This document shows positions 25,387-35,321 of a DNA stretch of 42,786 bases, in pieces. How positions within the stretch are numbered: position 1 is the first letter of the stretch; the number at the start of each line of letters is the position of its first letter. The DNA is from a virus (taxonomy: Duplodnaviria > Caudoviricetes), in IMG/VR virus record IMGVR_UViG_3300048579_000050, positions 1 through 42,786 of that record; one strand, given 5' to 3'. The translations under genes were made by a program, and so were the position numbers. The notes below the pieces were generated by a model. It saw nothing but the letters and a program-made list of their open reading frames with translations. It made no database searches and was not told the origin of the DNA.

Positions 25387-26397
25387 TTAGGTCGAGGCCG
25401 TCAGGCCGTAAAGGTCAGCCGCCACGCCATGAGCCGCCTCGTTGTTCACGAGGAGGGTGTATTCCGTCACAAGCACGCGCTTCTCGGCATCGCCGGTCTT
25501 TGCGGGCTTTTCGAGCTTGATGTCATCGAACACGCCGAGCGACACCATCTTCGGATCGATCAGGAACGCATTACGGGCAACAGTCGCACCCGCGCGAGCC
25601 ATCTGACGGTTCGGAACGACCGAGATCGTGCCGAAGTTGGACAGATACATGTCGGCCGCCGCAACGATAGTGGTCTGGCCCTTGCCGCCGGCCGCGAAAC
25701 GCTGCAAGGCAACGTTCGTGTCGGACATGAAGGTCGAGAACACCGTCTTTGCATAAGGCGACAGCATCAGCGTCTTGGGCGAGCCACCGGCATTGTAAGC
25801 CGATAGGATCACCGCATCGAGGATCGCCTTGGTGAAGGCGCGTTGCGTGCCGTTGACCGCAGCGTCCACAACGCCCGTCGAGGAATTGAAGCCGCCGGAC
25901 GAACCGCCCGCATCCATGCTGTCATTGGTGGCAAGCCACGCACGAAAGCCGCCGGTCTTGCGGTTGGTCGCGCCGTTGCCGGTGCCCGCAAGCGATGCCT
26001 GGTTGCTGAGGCAGATTGCCTCCATGTCAATACGCAACTCGACACCCTTCTTTGCGACCTCGCGGGCCAATTCCGACTTGCGGCCGGCCTTCGAGGTCTT
26101 GTCCTGGGTGCGCGAGATGATTATGCGCTTGTCCGAAATCTGCGTGTAGTTGCCCACGCGCGCGGTCGGGGAGATAGCCTGATACGACCAGTCGTTGCCT
26201 TCCGGCTGGTTGTTGGTCAGGTCAACCGACCCAAGCGTGTCGGTCTGCCACTCAGGATGAGTGGATTCGACGGACTTGCGGCCGATCAGTGAAAGAAAGG
26301 GGGTTTCCTCGGGAGTGATCTGATAAATCTTATCAGCCAGCTCCTCGCGATTACCTACGGCGTCGTAGGTCTCGAAGGTGTTGGTGACTTGTGCCAT
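25387..26397 (-). CDS. Major capsid protein (SU10/DUF5309-like)
   Basis: GNREEL...ITPEETPF...HPEWQTD, NYTQI, AKTGDAEK..EYTL; GGAGG RBS. Confidence 0.92.
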   Translation of the reverse strand: MAQVTNTFETYDAVGNREELADKIYQITPEETPFLSLIGRKSVESTHPEWQTDTLGSVDLTNNQPEGNDWSYQAISPTARVGNYTQISDKRIIISRTQDKTSKAGRKSELAREVAKKGVELRIDMEAICLSNQASLAGTGNGATNRKTGGFRAWLATNDSMDAGGSSGGFNSSTGVVDAAVNGTQRAFTKAILDAVILSAYNAGGSPKTLMLSPYAKTVFSTFMSDTNVALQRFAAGGKGQTTIVAAADMYLSNFGTISVVPNRQMARAGATVARNAFLIDPKMVSLGVFDDIKLEKPAKTGDAEKRVLVTEYTLLVNNEAAHGVAADLYGLTAST

Positions 26398-26408
26398 AAT
26401 GGCCTCCG

Positions 26409-27431
26409 CTAGAGATCAAGGTCCATGAGTGCGCTCACGCCGGCATCGAATGAGCCGGTTTTGCGCAATTGCTCTCCCCTTGCCTGTTTCTCGCGGGATG
26501 ACTTCTCTTGCGGGTCCATGCGCTTCTTTCCGGTCAGGACGGGCTTTGACTGAACCGTGTCCTTGACCGCAGGAAGCTTGCTGCGCGCCCTTCGGTATGC
26601 CGCCAGATCGCGGAACACCTTGTAATTACGGTGATCGATTGCTGCGTTAAGCTCATCTTCTGAGTAGCCATACTCAGCCATCGTCTCCACCGCATCGGAC
26701 CAGAACTTCTTGTAAACGTCCGGCTTTCCTAGCTCGGGCATCGAATCAAGAAGCAACTTGGCTTCGCGGCTGCGCAATTGCTCTCTTTGCTGCTGCTGCT
26801 CCTGTGCCGCGCGGGCCTGATCGGCCTGCGACATCTGGTGCAACTGCTGTAGAGCACCGACTTTGCTTTCGTATTCAGCCTTGGCAGTCATGTACCGGAT
26901 CGGATCGAAATTCGCGGACGATTGGTCCAGCATCGACGGATCGGGCGGCTGCGGTAAGAACTGCTGCGAAGCCTGTAAGAGAAAATCCCGCTGCGCCTGC
27001 AAGGTGCGAGCGTGTGTTTCAAACTCGGCTTTCTGGGAGGCCAGAGCGTCGCGCTCTTTGGCGTTTTCCTGTGTGCCGCGAGTGAAGGAAGCTTGCGAGA
27101 GATAGCCGCGCTTCAGGTCTTGAACGGAGATAACAGTGCCGTCCTTCAGTCGGACATTCGCGGTATCGGCCGCGAACTTGCCAGATTGATAGTCGTCCTG
27201 TTGACCGTCTTCCTGTTCGGCTTCCGTCTCGGTTGCGGGTTCCTCGGTTTCCGGCTCCTCAGGCTGCTCGCCTTCGGCCTCCGTTTCCTCGGTCTCCGCT
27301 TGGTCCTGATCTTCTTTCGGGAGGTCCGTTGCCGGGTCCGTCAATAGATTGGAAATTGCATCTGCGCCGGCCTCTACGGACAACGCATCGTCGTTACCAG
27401 CCGCCGTGGCGGGATTGGTATCTTCAGTCAT
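26409..27431 (-). CDS. Scaffolding protein
   Basis: Acidic N-terminus, LKRGYL..A.FTRGTQ, DP..Y and DHR motifs; precedes the capsid gene. Confidence 0.85.
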   Translation of the reverse strand: MTEDTNPATAAGNDDALSVEAGADAISNLLTDPATDLPKEDQDQAETEETEAEGEQPEEPETEEPATETEAEQEDGQQDDYQSGKFAADTANVRLKDGTVISVQDLKRGYLSQASFTRGTQENAKERDALASQKAEFETHARTLQAQRDFLLQASQQFLPQPPDPSMLDQSSANFDPIRYMTAKAEYESKVGALQQLHQMSQADQARAAQEQQQQREQLRSREAKLLLDSMPELGKPDVYKKFWSDAVETMAEYGYSEDELNAAIDHRNYKVFRDLAAYRRARSKLPAVKDTVQSKPVLTGKKRMDPQEKSSREKQARGEQLRKTGSFDAGVSALMDLDL

Positions 27432-27457
27432 TAAAACTCCTGGGGTATCCGGCGGCC

Positions 27458-27697
27458 CTAAGCGTAGGAGCCGGGGCTTTCGTCCGCAGGCTCAACCGCG
27501 AGAATGTAGCGGCCCAGCGTTGCGCGAATTTCATCGATTACGGCGACCCGCTGTTGCAGGCGGACAATCGTCGTATAGTTGTCGGCATCGGCCACCGCGA
27601 GCGCGTCAAGCGCCTCGGAGCGGATATCATCCAGCGCCTTCAGGAATATCGGATCGTGCTTTAGGCGGTCGGCTTCCTTGGCGAGATGGCCGCTCAC
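27458..27697 (-). CDS. Small head-assembly-region protein
   Basis: Between portal and scaffold; helical. Confidence 0.7.
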   Translation of the reverse strand: MSGHLAKEADRLKHDPIFLKALDDIRSEALDALAVADADNYTTIVRLQQRVAVIDEIRATLGRYILAVEPADESPGSYA

Positions 27698-29928
27698 TCA
27701 GCACCCTTTGAGGCTTCCATCTTTTGTTCATGCGCCTGCTGGCCCTGGATCGTCTTGAAGACGCCGGCCTCCATCTGCTGCCGATGTTGTTCGGCCTGTT
27801 GCGCCATCTGCTGTTCGTGCATCTGGCGTTTCATGTCGAGTTCGGCCATCTTCAATTCGCGCTGCAATTGGAACTCAAGAATGGCCAATTCCTTATCAAA
27901 CGCGAACTTCTGTTCCGTCTGCACCATTTCGGCCTGCATCTTGCGATCCTGCGTCGCAATGTCGGCCTGTGCCTGGACTTGCTCGATTTGCGCCTTTCGC
28001 TCATCGGCCTGTGCGTCAATGGCGGCCTGCTGTTGCGCGATCTGCAATTGCGTTTGCGCCTTGACCTGTTCCGCCTGCATCGCCGGATCGGGGCGGTTCT
28101 GTGCCTGCTGCTTCATCTGCTCGATCTGCTCAGGCTTCAGGTCTAGGAAAAACTGTTCCGGGTTTTTAATACCGGCGCTTTCCGCAAGCTTGCTCGCGGT
28201 CAGGTTGATCTTAGGCACCATGTCGAGCGCCTGCGCAGCAAAGCCGCCCTGAGCCAGCCTGTCCGTCATCATGATCTGGACGCCGAGGATGGTATTCAGC
28301 ATCGACATGTCACGGTCGCGCGAGCCGGTGCCAAGCCCAATGTTGATCGTGACATCCATGTTGGCATTCCACGAACGCGGGTCCATCTCGACCCAGGTAT
28401 CGCGGAGCCGGATTGTTCTTGGCCGGTCCTGATGCTTGACGATCAGTTTCAGGATTTGCTTGAACACGCGGCGCCAGCCCAACTCGGCCTGGTTGCGGGC
28501 AATCAACTCGATCTGCGAATACGCCGCATCTTTCTGGTTCTGGTTCGCGGTCGCGGTCTGGTTCTGTAGCGCCTCGGGATCGAGCGCCATTGTGGAGCGG
28601 GACACGCCCGTCCGCATTTCCCGCACGTTGTCGAAATGCTGCAATCCAAGCAGCGCCTTGTCGCCGATGAACGGAACCGGCAACGGGGCCGGCGGGATTG
28701 CGCCCTTCTTGTGCCATACCGTGCCGCCGAACTTGGGCGAGCGCAGCATGTCGGGATTGATAACCGAGTTCTCCTCGGCCGTGTTGAGCGGGTTGTTCAC
28801 CCAATAAAGGTTGTCGAGGAACTGACGGGTTAAAACCGTCTTGACGCGCTGGATATCGTCAACATCGTCGCAAACCGAACGCGCGTCCCATCGGTGCGGC
28901 ATCGGCTCGCACGGGATGTCGCTGAAAGGAACGTCATCCTCCCAGACTTCCCAATCCAGCAATTCGCCGGCACCGGATGCGCCGGCATAAAACGCACGCA
29001 CGGTTTCGGCGATTCCGTCGCCGTCAACGTCGGCCTTGACGTAGCATTCGTAAAGCTCGACCAGAAGCATCGACTCGTGGCCAACCATATTGAAAAACGT
29101 CTGGCCGTCATCGTCGCGCGCAAGCTTTTCCTGCGCCATCGTTGAGAACCGATCAACTGGCAGGCTTTCGACCAAATCCCGGCTAAAGCCCATCTCGATA
29201 AGATCGGAGCGCGACACATGATCGCGGTGAGCGCAAAACCGCGCCTCCTCGATACAGGTAGCCTCGCGGTCCAGCAGAAAATCCTCAGCCTCGATGCATT
29301 CGACACGCAACCGGCCGCTGCGGGTCACCCTCTTGACCTTGATGTCAAATGTCGGGAGCTGCATCGGGACCATGCCGCCCATCTGATCGGGAACGGCGAC
29401 TTGCTGCGGCTCGCCCTGCTTTTGTGCCACGATCTCAACATCGCCGTCCGACATGAGCACGGCAAGCTGGTCCTCGGTTAGGCCGGAATGCTCGCTGTAT
29501 TCGCACTCCTCCTTGTCATCCCACCAATGCTTGACAATGCCATTCCCGAGCAGGAGCGAATCGTGCGTCGCGTCCCACAAAATCCGATAGCCCGGATTGT
29601 CTTTCATGAAGACGTGGTTGACGTAATCCGTCGCCTGTTTCGCAAATTGTTCGTCTGCCGGGCGTTCGGGTTCGTAGATCGCCATCTGGTCGGACGCGGT
29701 GAATACCCGGATAATGCCTGGCAGCATCCACCCGATAGTGTCGGCAACGTCCTTGGATACAACCGACGACCGCCCCGGCATGGCCGGCGTATCGCCCATC
29801 ACGCCCCGGAAATATTCCATCGCGCGGGCGCGTTTGCCAGATAGCTCAGTGTCGTCGTAAGTGACGGCTGATCGAATCTCGTTCGAGAGGAGGGATTTAA
29901 GGCCCTCCTCGTCAAGCTTTTCTGCCAC
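27694..29928 (-). CDS. Portal protein (P22-like, long Gln-rich C-terminal helix)
   Basis: GRSSVVSKDVADT, AKQATDYVN, TATA, IELIARN motifs; 744 aa. Confidence 0.93.
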   Translation of the reverse strand: MAEKLDEEGLKSLLSNEIRSAVTYDDTELSGKRARAMEYFRGVMGDTPAMPGRSSVVSKDVADTIGWMLPGIIRVFTASDQMAIYEPERPADEQFAKQATDYVNHVFMKDNPGYRILWDATHDSLLLGNGIVKHWWDDKEECEYSEHSGLTEDQLAVLMSDGDVEIVAQKQGEPQQVAVPDQMGGMVPMQLPTFDIKVKRVTRSGRLRVECIEAEDFLLDREATCIEEARFCAHRDHVSRSDLIEMGFSRDLVESLPVDRFSTMAQEKLARDDDGQTFFNMVGHESMLLVELYECYVKADVDGDGIAETVRAFYAGASGAGELLDWEVWEDDVPFSDIPCEPMPHRWDARSVCDDVDDIQRVKTVLTRQFLDNLYWVNNPLNTAEENSVINPDMLRSPKFGGTVWHKKGAIPPAPLPVPFIGDKALLGLQHFDNVREMRTGVSRSTMALDPEALQNQTATANQNQKDAAYSQIELIARNQAELGWRRVFKQILKLIVKHQDRPRTIRLRDTWVEMDPRSWNANMDVTINIGLGTGSRDRDMSMLNTILGVQIMMTDRLAQGGFAAQALDMVPKINLTASKLAESAGIKNPEQFFLDLKPEQIEQMKQQAQNRPDPAMQAEQVKAQTQLQIAQQQAAIDAQADERKAQIEQVQAQADIATQDRKMQAEMVQTEQKFAFDKELAILEFQLQRELKMAELDMKRQMHEQQMAQQAEQHRQQMEAGVFKTIQGQQAHEQKMEASKGAE

Positions 29929-29929
29929 G

Positions 29930-30244
29930 CTATGCCGCCGCTATCGCCGCGATTTTCTGGCCGGCGGTCACACCGACAAAAATCAGTGTGTCGGCCGGAA
30001 CCTTAAGCGCGTTGGTCGTTGCAGTCGGGTTTGCGGCAACAACGTAATGAAACGCGGCGCTGCCGATAATGCCGATATAAGTTGTCCCGGACGCAAACGC
30101 CGCAGACTGCGCCGATGTCGAAAACGTCACCGCCGTCTGATCGGTGCCTGGCTCTTGCGCGATCTGCGCCTTGCCGGCGCCAGCACCGCGTGACGACCCG
30201 GCGTCACCCGTATTTGAATATTCGCGAATCCAGAGCGTCGCCAT
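29930..30244 (-). CDS. Hypothetical protein between terminase and portal
   Basis: GGAG RBS; beta-rich, NPTATT...GQKIAAI. Confidence 0.7.
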   Translation of the reverse strand: MATLWIREYSNTGDAGSSRGAGAGKAQIAQEPGTDQTAVTFSTSAQSAAFASGTTYIGIIGSAAFHYVVAANPTATTNALKVPADTLIFVGVTAGQKIAAIAAA

Positions 30245-30252
30245 TTAATCTC

Positions 30253-31536
30253 CTAGACTATCCAATCATCGTCCGGCTCGGGACCGGACGCGGTTGTTCG
30301 CGGTTCTTCGTAAGCAACGCACATCAGGCCGAACGCATCCGCCCCGTGGCTTGACCAGTCGTGTTCCGGTCCAAGCCCTACGTTGCGCTCCTCGTCTTTC
30401 TTTTCGTGATACCAGCCCAATGCTTCGATGCCGGGCTTTGTCGTTTCCTCGTTGAACCAGATCATCGGGAAGCGACGGCGGCCCGCCTCGATGCGGATTG
30501 TCGCGGCGCCCGGCCCCTGGTTCGGAATAACCTCGGTAGGAAAGCCCGCCGATTGCAGAGCGGTCTCCCAACTCGCATCGGCTATCGGATTAACCGGCGC
30601 CCCGTCATGCGGCAGCACGCAATAGGCCTTGTCCCATCCTCGGGAGCGCAACCATTGCACATGCGCAGCAAGCGGCTGGCCAACCGCCTCGTAATAATCG
30701 AGCACGCGAATCTCGCGGCCGATGAATTGAGCAATCCATATCGCGGTGGCGTCGGATTTCATCCCGCGCCCGCCCAAATCCCAAAACGCGCGGACCTGGA
30801 TCAGCGGGTCTTTCGCAACCCGCCCTATCCGGCCCTGCGCCTTCGCCTCTGAAATATGCTTTGCGTAATAGGCGCCGGACAGGATGGTGGCGTATCCGCC
30901 TTCCCAGATATGGTCATATTGATCCGGGTCGTTGTTCAGACAGTCCCGGCGCTCCTGATCGAGGACGGTTGGAAACCACGGGTTATCCGACCAGTTTGCG
31001 CGGACAACCGTTGCGCCGGTCGGCAGTTTCTCCCCCCGTAACATCAAATCAACCGGATCAACCTTGCGGCGCGGGTTCCACGAAAACCAGAGTTCTGAAC
31101 CATCCGAACGAATCGTAGGGCGAAGCAACGCTAACGATCTGGCACTGAGGGATTGCGCCTCCTCGCACCACGCCCTCTTGTAGCCCTCCAGCGACTTGAT
31201 CGATTCCGCCGTGTGGTCCTGCATTCCCTGAAACGCGATCAATCCGTCGCCAGGGGTTTGGATGACTTCGCGGAAAACCTTGAAGCCCTCGGCCTCGCCA
31301 AGGCCCTGTTCCGCCAGCTTGTCCTCGATCAGACGCTTCGCCGATTCCTTTAGCGACTTTTGAACCTCGCGAATGCATACCGACCGCAGCCCCCTTTCGA
31401 GTAAGCTGTCCTCGATCATCAGGCCGGCAAAGAAGTGCGACTTGCCGGAACCGCGACCGCCGTGTGCGCCTTTGTATCGGGACGGAACCAGAAGCGGCTC
31501 GAATACCTTGGCCGTTTCAATTCTGAGAACCGACAA
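30253..31536 (-). CDS. terL: Terminase large subunit (PBSX-like)
   Basis: Walker A GGRGSGKS, Walker B WCEEAQ, PTIR, WDLG nuclease motif, HDWSSHGADAF. Confidence 0.95.
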   Translation of the reverse strand: MSVLRIETAKVFEPLLVPSRYKGAHGGRGSGKSHFFAGLMIEDSLLERGLRSVCIREVQKSLKESAKRLIEDKLAEQGLGEAEGFKVFREVIQTPGDGLIAFQGMQDHTAESIKSLEGYKRAWCEEAQSLSARSLALLRPTIRSDGSELWFSWNPRRKVDPVDLMLRGEKLPTGATVVRANWSDNPWFPTVLDQERRDCLNNDPDQYDHIWEGGYATILSGAYYAKHISEAKAQGRIGRVAKDPLIQVRAFWDLGGRGMKSDATAIWIAQFIGREIRVLDYYEAVGQPLAAHVQWLRSRGWDKAYCVLPHDGAPVNPIADASWETALQSAGFPTEVIPNQGPGAATIRIEAGRRRFPMIWFNEETTKPGIEALGWYHEKKDEERNVGLGPEHDWSSHGADAFGLMCVAYEEPRTTASGPEPDDDWIV

Positions 31537-31756
31537 TCACGCGCTCGATCTTGTGCAGGATGTTCACGGGGTTTTCATCGTCGCCCGCTATCGGTTGCGC
31601 CGGCTTCCCCCATCCCCGGTCGAGTAACGCATTGGCCGCCGACACTCTGGCTGCGTGCGGGGCGTCGGGCTCATTCATGATGCCGGCCAGAACCTTGAGA
31701 GCGCTTTCTGTGTGGCTTCGCGCCAGAGATCGAATTTGTGTAAGTGCCCTAGCCAT
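31517..31756 (-). CDS. terS: Terminase small subunit
   Basis: ARVSAANALLDRGWGKPAQ; overlaps the terL start. Confidence 0.75.
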   Translation of the reverse strand: MARALTQIRSLARSHTESALKVLAGIMNEPDAPHAARVSAANALLDRGWGKPAQPIAGDDENPVNILHKIERVIVGSQN

Positions 31757-31780
31757 TTAGACTTCTTCCGGTCGAGGGAA

Positions 31781-32314
31781 TTACTCGCCCATTGCCGCGT
31801 TTGAAAGCTGACGCAATTCAGATTCGAGCGCGTCGAGATCGGCCTTTTGCGCGCTGATCGCGCCATGAGCCGCGTTGAATACGCCGGGGGCCTGGCCCTC
31901 AAGGTCGCCAAGTTTTGCAATGAGCGCGTCGCCTTCCGCGTCCAATTTCTTTTTAGCGGCCCTGATGCGTTCTGCGGCTTCTGCCAGCTTTCCCATCGGC
32001 TTCCTCACGGGCAACGGATCGTGAATGATTTGATCCACGATTTTATGCGCCCTGTTGATTTGATTTGCTGCGCTGTCCAAGTTCTGCTGAAATACGCTAT
32101 CGAAGCTGGGCCGCATTCGTTGCGCGAGTTTTTTTACTTCCCGCATCGGTTCGCCATCGAACGGGTGCGAGGTTATTTCGAACGGCTCACCCTTGGCGTC
32201 CACGCCCCGCACAACGACAACTTGCATATCGTTGACGTAACTGAGTTCCGCGCGGGTACAGACCGCGCCGCCAGATTCAGCGTTGAATGCGGATTGAAGC
32301 GCGGCCGTGCTCAT
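31781..32314 (-). CDS. Hypothetical protein with coiled-coil C-terminus
   Basis: 177-aa ORF at the start of the late operon. Confidence 0.6.
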   Translation of the reverse strand: MSTAALQSAFNAESGGAVCTRAELSYVNDMQVVVVRGVDAKGEPFEITSHPFDGEPMREVKKLAQRMRPSFDSVFQQNLDSAANQINRAHKIVDQIIHDPLPVRKPMGKLAEAAERIRAAKKKLDAEGDALIAKLGDLEGQAPGVFNAAHGAISAQKADLDALESELRQLSNAAMGE

Positions 32315-32615
32315 GGAGCCTGACGGACAATTCCGCTCGTTCTGGCGTCATCTGGCACCAATGGCCGTAGCGCTGGTCAAAACTAGCCGGGCTTATGGCC
32401 GTGTAGATCGCCAACAGGAGCCACATGCCAGCCTCTATATTCGCCCTTGGCCCGGTCAATCATGCCGGGTTATCCCCTCAGCGTTCGGGACCGATGCAAT
32501 CGGCGGGCACGCTGATCTCTAATTCCGCACCTAGCAGGTCATCCCATTCGGGATCGATGTTTCCAAGCGAAAGCGCAGCCAAGTCCCGTTTTCTCAATTC
32601 CTCTTTGCGCTTCCC

Positions 32616-32642
32616 AAAATAAAAAACGCGCCCGTAGGCGCG
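32616..32642 (-). terminator. Rho-independent terminator downstream of the late promoter (tR'-like)
   Basis: On the - strand: CGCGCC-TACG-GGCGCG then TTTTTTATTTT. Confidence 0.8.
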
Positions 32643-32695
32643 CGTCGGCTTGTGCATTGCTGTGGTCGCAATCGTCCCACGATATATTTCCCAAG

Positions 32696-32724
32696 AATGT
32701 ACACTACTTGTTCCTCCGGGTCAA
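32696..32724 (-). promoter_or_regulatory. Sigma70-type late promoter (pR'-like)
   Basis: TTGACC-17 nt-TACATT on the - strand, overlapping the end of the 32704-33252 gene. Confidence 0.65.
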
Positions 32725-33252
32725 GCCATAGTGCGAAACTAATTTGGATAGCCCCGCTAATAGATGCCCGCCACAACCTACGGGGCAACTCTCCCCAAAT
32801 ACAGCCATCCTCGCTACGGTGCGAGCCGCCTTCTGGCCAGCATCCATGAGTGCTTCGACCGCTGAATTATAGGCGTCCTTGATCTTTCCAGCGTCAACGT
32901 CTCCTGGTCCCCTGCTTCCCGATGGCTGCATAAATCCCGCGATGGACGCCGGGGATGGGTCGGGAACGTCAGCCAGATAATGCGCCCGATAACGGCGTAC
33001 TGTGGCCCCATAGTTCACCCCCGCCTGATACATTTCCTCTGTAATCACGTTGTTCAGGCAAAGGATGCCCAAGGGCCAACACGCCTTTGGATCGTGTCTA
33101 TTGCTCTCAGGCGCCCCCTGTCTGTGCGGTTGCCGGAATGCGATTATTCGGGCCACGATAACTTCCTTGTCTGAAACCAGATCGCCGGACGGATAGCGGT
33201 GGCCCGGTTTCCGCTTGCGGCCTCTCCGCTCGATCTTGAAAGCCTTCGCCAT
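32704..33252 (-). CDS. Putative late-gene regulator / antiterminator
   Basis: Occupies the lambda Q position, between replication genes and the late promoter plus terminator; basic GRKRK N-terminus. Confidence 0.55.
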   Translation of the reverse strand: MAKAFKIERRGRKRKPGHRYPSGDLVSDKEVIVARIIAFRQPHRQGAPESNRHDPKACWPLGILCLNNVITEEMYQAGVNYGATVRRYRAHYLADVPDPSPASIAGFMQPSGSRGPGDVDAGKIKDAYNSAVEALMDAGQKAARTVARMAVFGESCPVGCGGHLLAGLSKLVSHYGLTRRNK

Positions 33253-34140
33253 CTATGCCGCCTTTGGTTCATAGCCGTATTTAGCAAGGACTTCCGGTGA
33301 TGCTCGACAGCCGGGCTTGCCGGGTTCGGGGCCGTAATCACGATGCCAGCGCTTGAATTTCTTGAAAAACTCGAATGCCGCATCATCGGGAATCAGCGGC
33401 CCGTTCGGCGGATCGTGGTCGTCCTGATAGTCCTCCCAACGCCTGTCCCGCAGCCATTTGATCGCCTGCGGGATAAACTCGGTTCCGATTTTGTCAGTGT
33501 TCCGCGCTTTGGCTCGGCGGACTCCCGATATGATCGCGTCTGGATCAGCGCCTTGCCTAACCGCAGCCTCAAAGGCTTTTCTGGCAGGGCTTTTGGGATT
33601 GTCGCCCTTTCGTTTCGGGTATTCCTTCCAAAATTCCTCGAATTTCCGTGTCTCAACGCGCGGAGCGCGTGAAGATTCTTTCTTTTCTGTCTCTGTCTCT
33701 GTCTCTGTCTCTGGTCCGTTACGTAACGTTTCATCGTCGTTACATTCAATGTTACATCCATCTTTGATTTTGTTGCGTTTTTTATTGCTCCGGTGCTTTC
33801 TGACCCGATCCGTTGAGTCGTCGGACTTCCATTGCCGCTTGTCCCAATTAGCAACTCGGTCACCTGTAACGCGCCCCTTGTCGGTTAGCGCCGTTACAAC
33901 ACCGTTACAAACCGTTACATCGCAGCGGAGGAAATGGGCCACCTCGTCCATGTCAAGATCAAACCGGCCGCCATCGTTGACCTCGGCCGCGCTTTCCAGG
34001 ATCGCGCCCCATATCCAGACGACACGTTCAATGGGTTGATTGCAGCGAATGGCGGCGGCGACAAGCTTTTCGTCGCGCATCATGCCTGCGTAATGGCGGA
34101 ACCAGCGGCTCAAGCGGATCGCTCCATTCTCAAATCTCAC
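33253..34140 (-). CDS. Replication initiator protein
   Basis: SRWFRHY N-terminus, NWDKRQWKSDDSTDRVRKHR, ETETET linker, FEEFWKEYPKR...WL...RWED; true start may be the TTG before SRWF. Confidence 0.85.
   Translation of the reverse strand: MRFENGAIRLSRWFRHYAGMMRDEKLVAAAIRCNQPIERVVWIWGAILESAAEVNDGGRFDLDMDEVAHFLRCDVTVCNGVVTALTDKGRVTGDRVANWDKRQWKSDDSTDRVRKHRSNKKRNKIKDGCNIECNDDETLRNGPETETETETEKKESSRAPRVETRKFEEFWKEYPKRKGDNPKSPARKAFEAAVRQGADPDAIISGVRRAKARNTDKIGTEFIPQAIKWLRDRRWEDYQDDHDPPNGPLIPDDAAFEFFKKFKRWHRDYGPEPGKPGCRASPEVLAKYGYEPKAA
33717..33919. repeat. Iteron-like (C)GTTAC(A) repeats, candidate replication origin within the initiator gene
   Basis: CCGTTACA at 33891, 33902 and 33912; further GTTAC copies at about 33717-33757. 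Confidence 0.55.
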
Positions 34141-34318
34141 TTACCATGTGAATTCCCCACCCTATGAAGGACACAAACCCCACCGCATAGAGCAACGCGG
34201 CCCGGTCGCTTGGTCTCCACTCCCACACGCTACCGAGCCAATAGAAATCGGCCACTACAAACCCGACGATAAGAAAGGCGACGACCAAAGACGCGACGAT
34301 TATCATTGCGAGCTTCAT
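34130..34318 (-). CDS. Small membrane protein
   Basis: Two hydrophobic segments; ATGA-coupled. Confidence 0.55.
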   Translation of the reverse strand: MKLAMIIVASLVVAFLIVGFVVADFYWLGSVWEWRPSDRAALLYAVGFVSFIGWGIHMVSEI

Positions 34319-34506
34319 GCACCTTGCTCCGTGTCAGGATCACCAGTCGGCTGGTTCATTTTACGCCGTTGGCGGTTGTCAACATCCATTAGAACCTCAA
34401 AAGCTTCAGCCGGAAGCTCTATAGCCAGCGCCCCGATTATCATCTGTCTCAGCGTTTCTCGTTCTGCTTCCGGTGTCATGAATCGCCCCCGATGGATTGC
34501 ATTCAC
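34315..34506 (-). CDS. Hypothetical protein
   Basis: 63-aa ORF coupled to its neighbours. Confidence 0.5.
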   Translation of the reverse strand: MNAIHRGRFMTPEAERETLRQMIIGALAIELPAEAFEVLMDVDNRQRRKMNQPTGDPDTEQGA

Positions 34507-34548
34507 ATGCCCACATCACGCACGACCACTCACTTGCCGGGACACCCA

Positions 34549-34986
34549 CTATCCAGCCGCTATCAATGAGGCTTTGGACTTGCGACCATTCGGCGTATCG
34601 GAATGTCCCCGTCCTAATTCCGTGTTCGTCACCGGATGAACCTGGACAAGGCACCCGTTCACAGGCCCCCATGACCAGCTCCCCGCGACTGCGTATTTGT
34701 CGTTTTCGATGAGGCCGACCGATTGAAGGAAATCCAGAACGGCCTTGCCCCGGTTGTCCCCGTCCGAGGCTTTCGGCCATCGGGTTTTGTCGAGCGATAT
34801 GTGATAGCTGAAGAAACCCCTGATCGGCTCGCCTGCGAATTTCTTCTGGCGCAAGTATTCTTTGCCGGCCTCGTCTTTCCACGCCTCGTAATCTGGATCG
34901 GGATAGCTACCGAGTTTCCCGCCCCTCGCCGTGTGACGGGTCAGCCTGTTTGCAGACGGCGGAAACGGCAGATCAAGGACAACCAC
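34549..34986 (-). CDS. rusA: RusA-like Holliday junction resolvase
   Basis: LDLPFPPSAN, DGDNRGKAVLDFL...IENDK; GTG start overlaps the upstream TAG. Confidence 0.85.
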   Translation of the reverse strand: MVVLDLPFPPSANRLTRHTARGGKLGSYPDPDYEAWKDEAGKEYLRQKKFAGEPIRGFFSYHISLDKTRWPKASDGDNRGKAVLDFLQSVGLIENDKYAVAGSWSWGPVNGCLVQVHPVTNTELGRGHSDTPNGRKSKASLIAAG

Positions 34987-35321
34987 TATGCGCCCCCATA
35001 TTCCAGAGCATATCCAACGCCCCACACCGATTTGATATTCATGCCGGCTGGCTTGATCTTCTTTCGCAATTTGGTGACGATCACCCGCAGCGTTACTTCG
35101 GGGTTGTCGATGGGATTTTGGCCCCACAGTTTTGCGAATAGCCTCTCATGCGCGAGGGGAAGCGGCATGGCCTCCGCAAGCGAATAGATGATTTCGGCCT
35201 GCGTCGGGGAGAGTTGAATTATCTCAGCCCCCGCCATCATCCGATTTGTCTCAAGAGAGACATACGGGCGGTCACGATTCGTTACATCCGACCCGCAGCA
35301 TGGACAGCGATGAATCTCCAT
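34986..35321 (-). CDS. Stand-alone OmpR/PhoB-type (CtrA-like) winged-helix DNA-binding protein
   Basis: LSPTQAEII..L...ERLFAKLWG...LRVIVTKLRKKI...IKSVWGVGYAL; no receiver domain; CPCCG near the N-terminus; TGATG-coupled start. Confidence 0.8.
   Translation of the reverse strand: MEIHRCPCCGSDVTNRDRPYVSLETNRMMAGAEIIQLSPTQAEIIYSLAEAMPLPLAHERLFAKLWGQNPIDNPEVTLRVIVTKLRKKIKPAGMNIKSVWGVGYALEYGGA

Noticed and set aside
33686-33712. (TCTCTG)n microsatellite as a phase-variation tract
   Set aside because: 6-nt unit preserves the frame and encodes the ETETET linker common in phage initiators
34406-34882. 158-aa - strand ORF overlapping rusA
   Set aside because: Mostly an alternative frame of rusA; only the IRTGTFRY...WACEC part might be a small real gene and no start could be assigned
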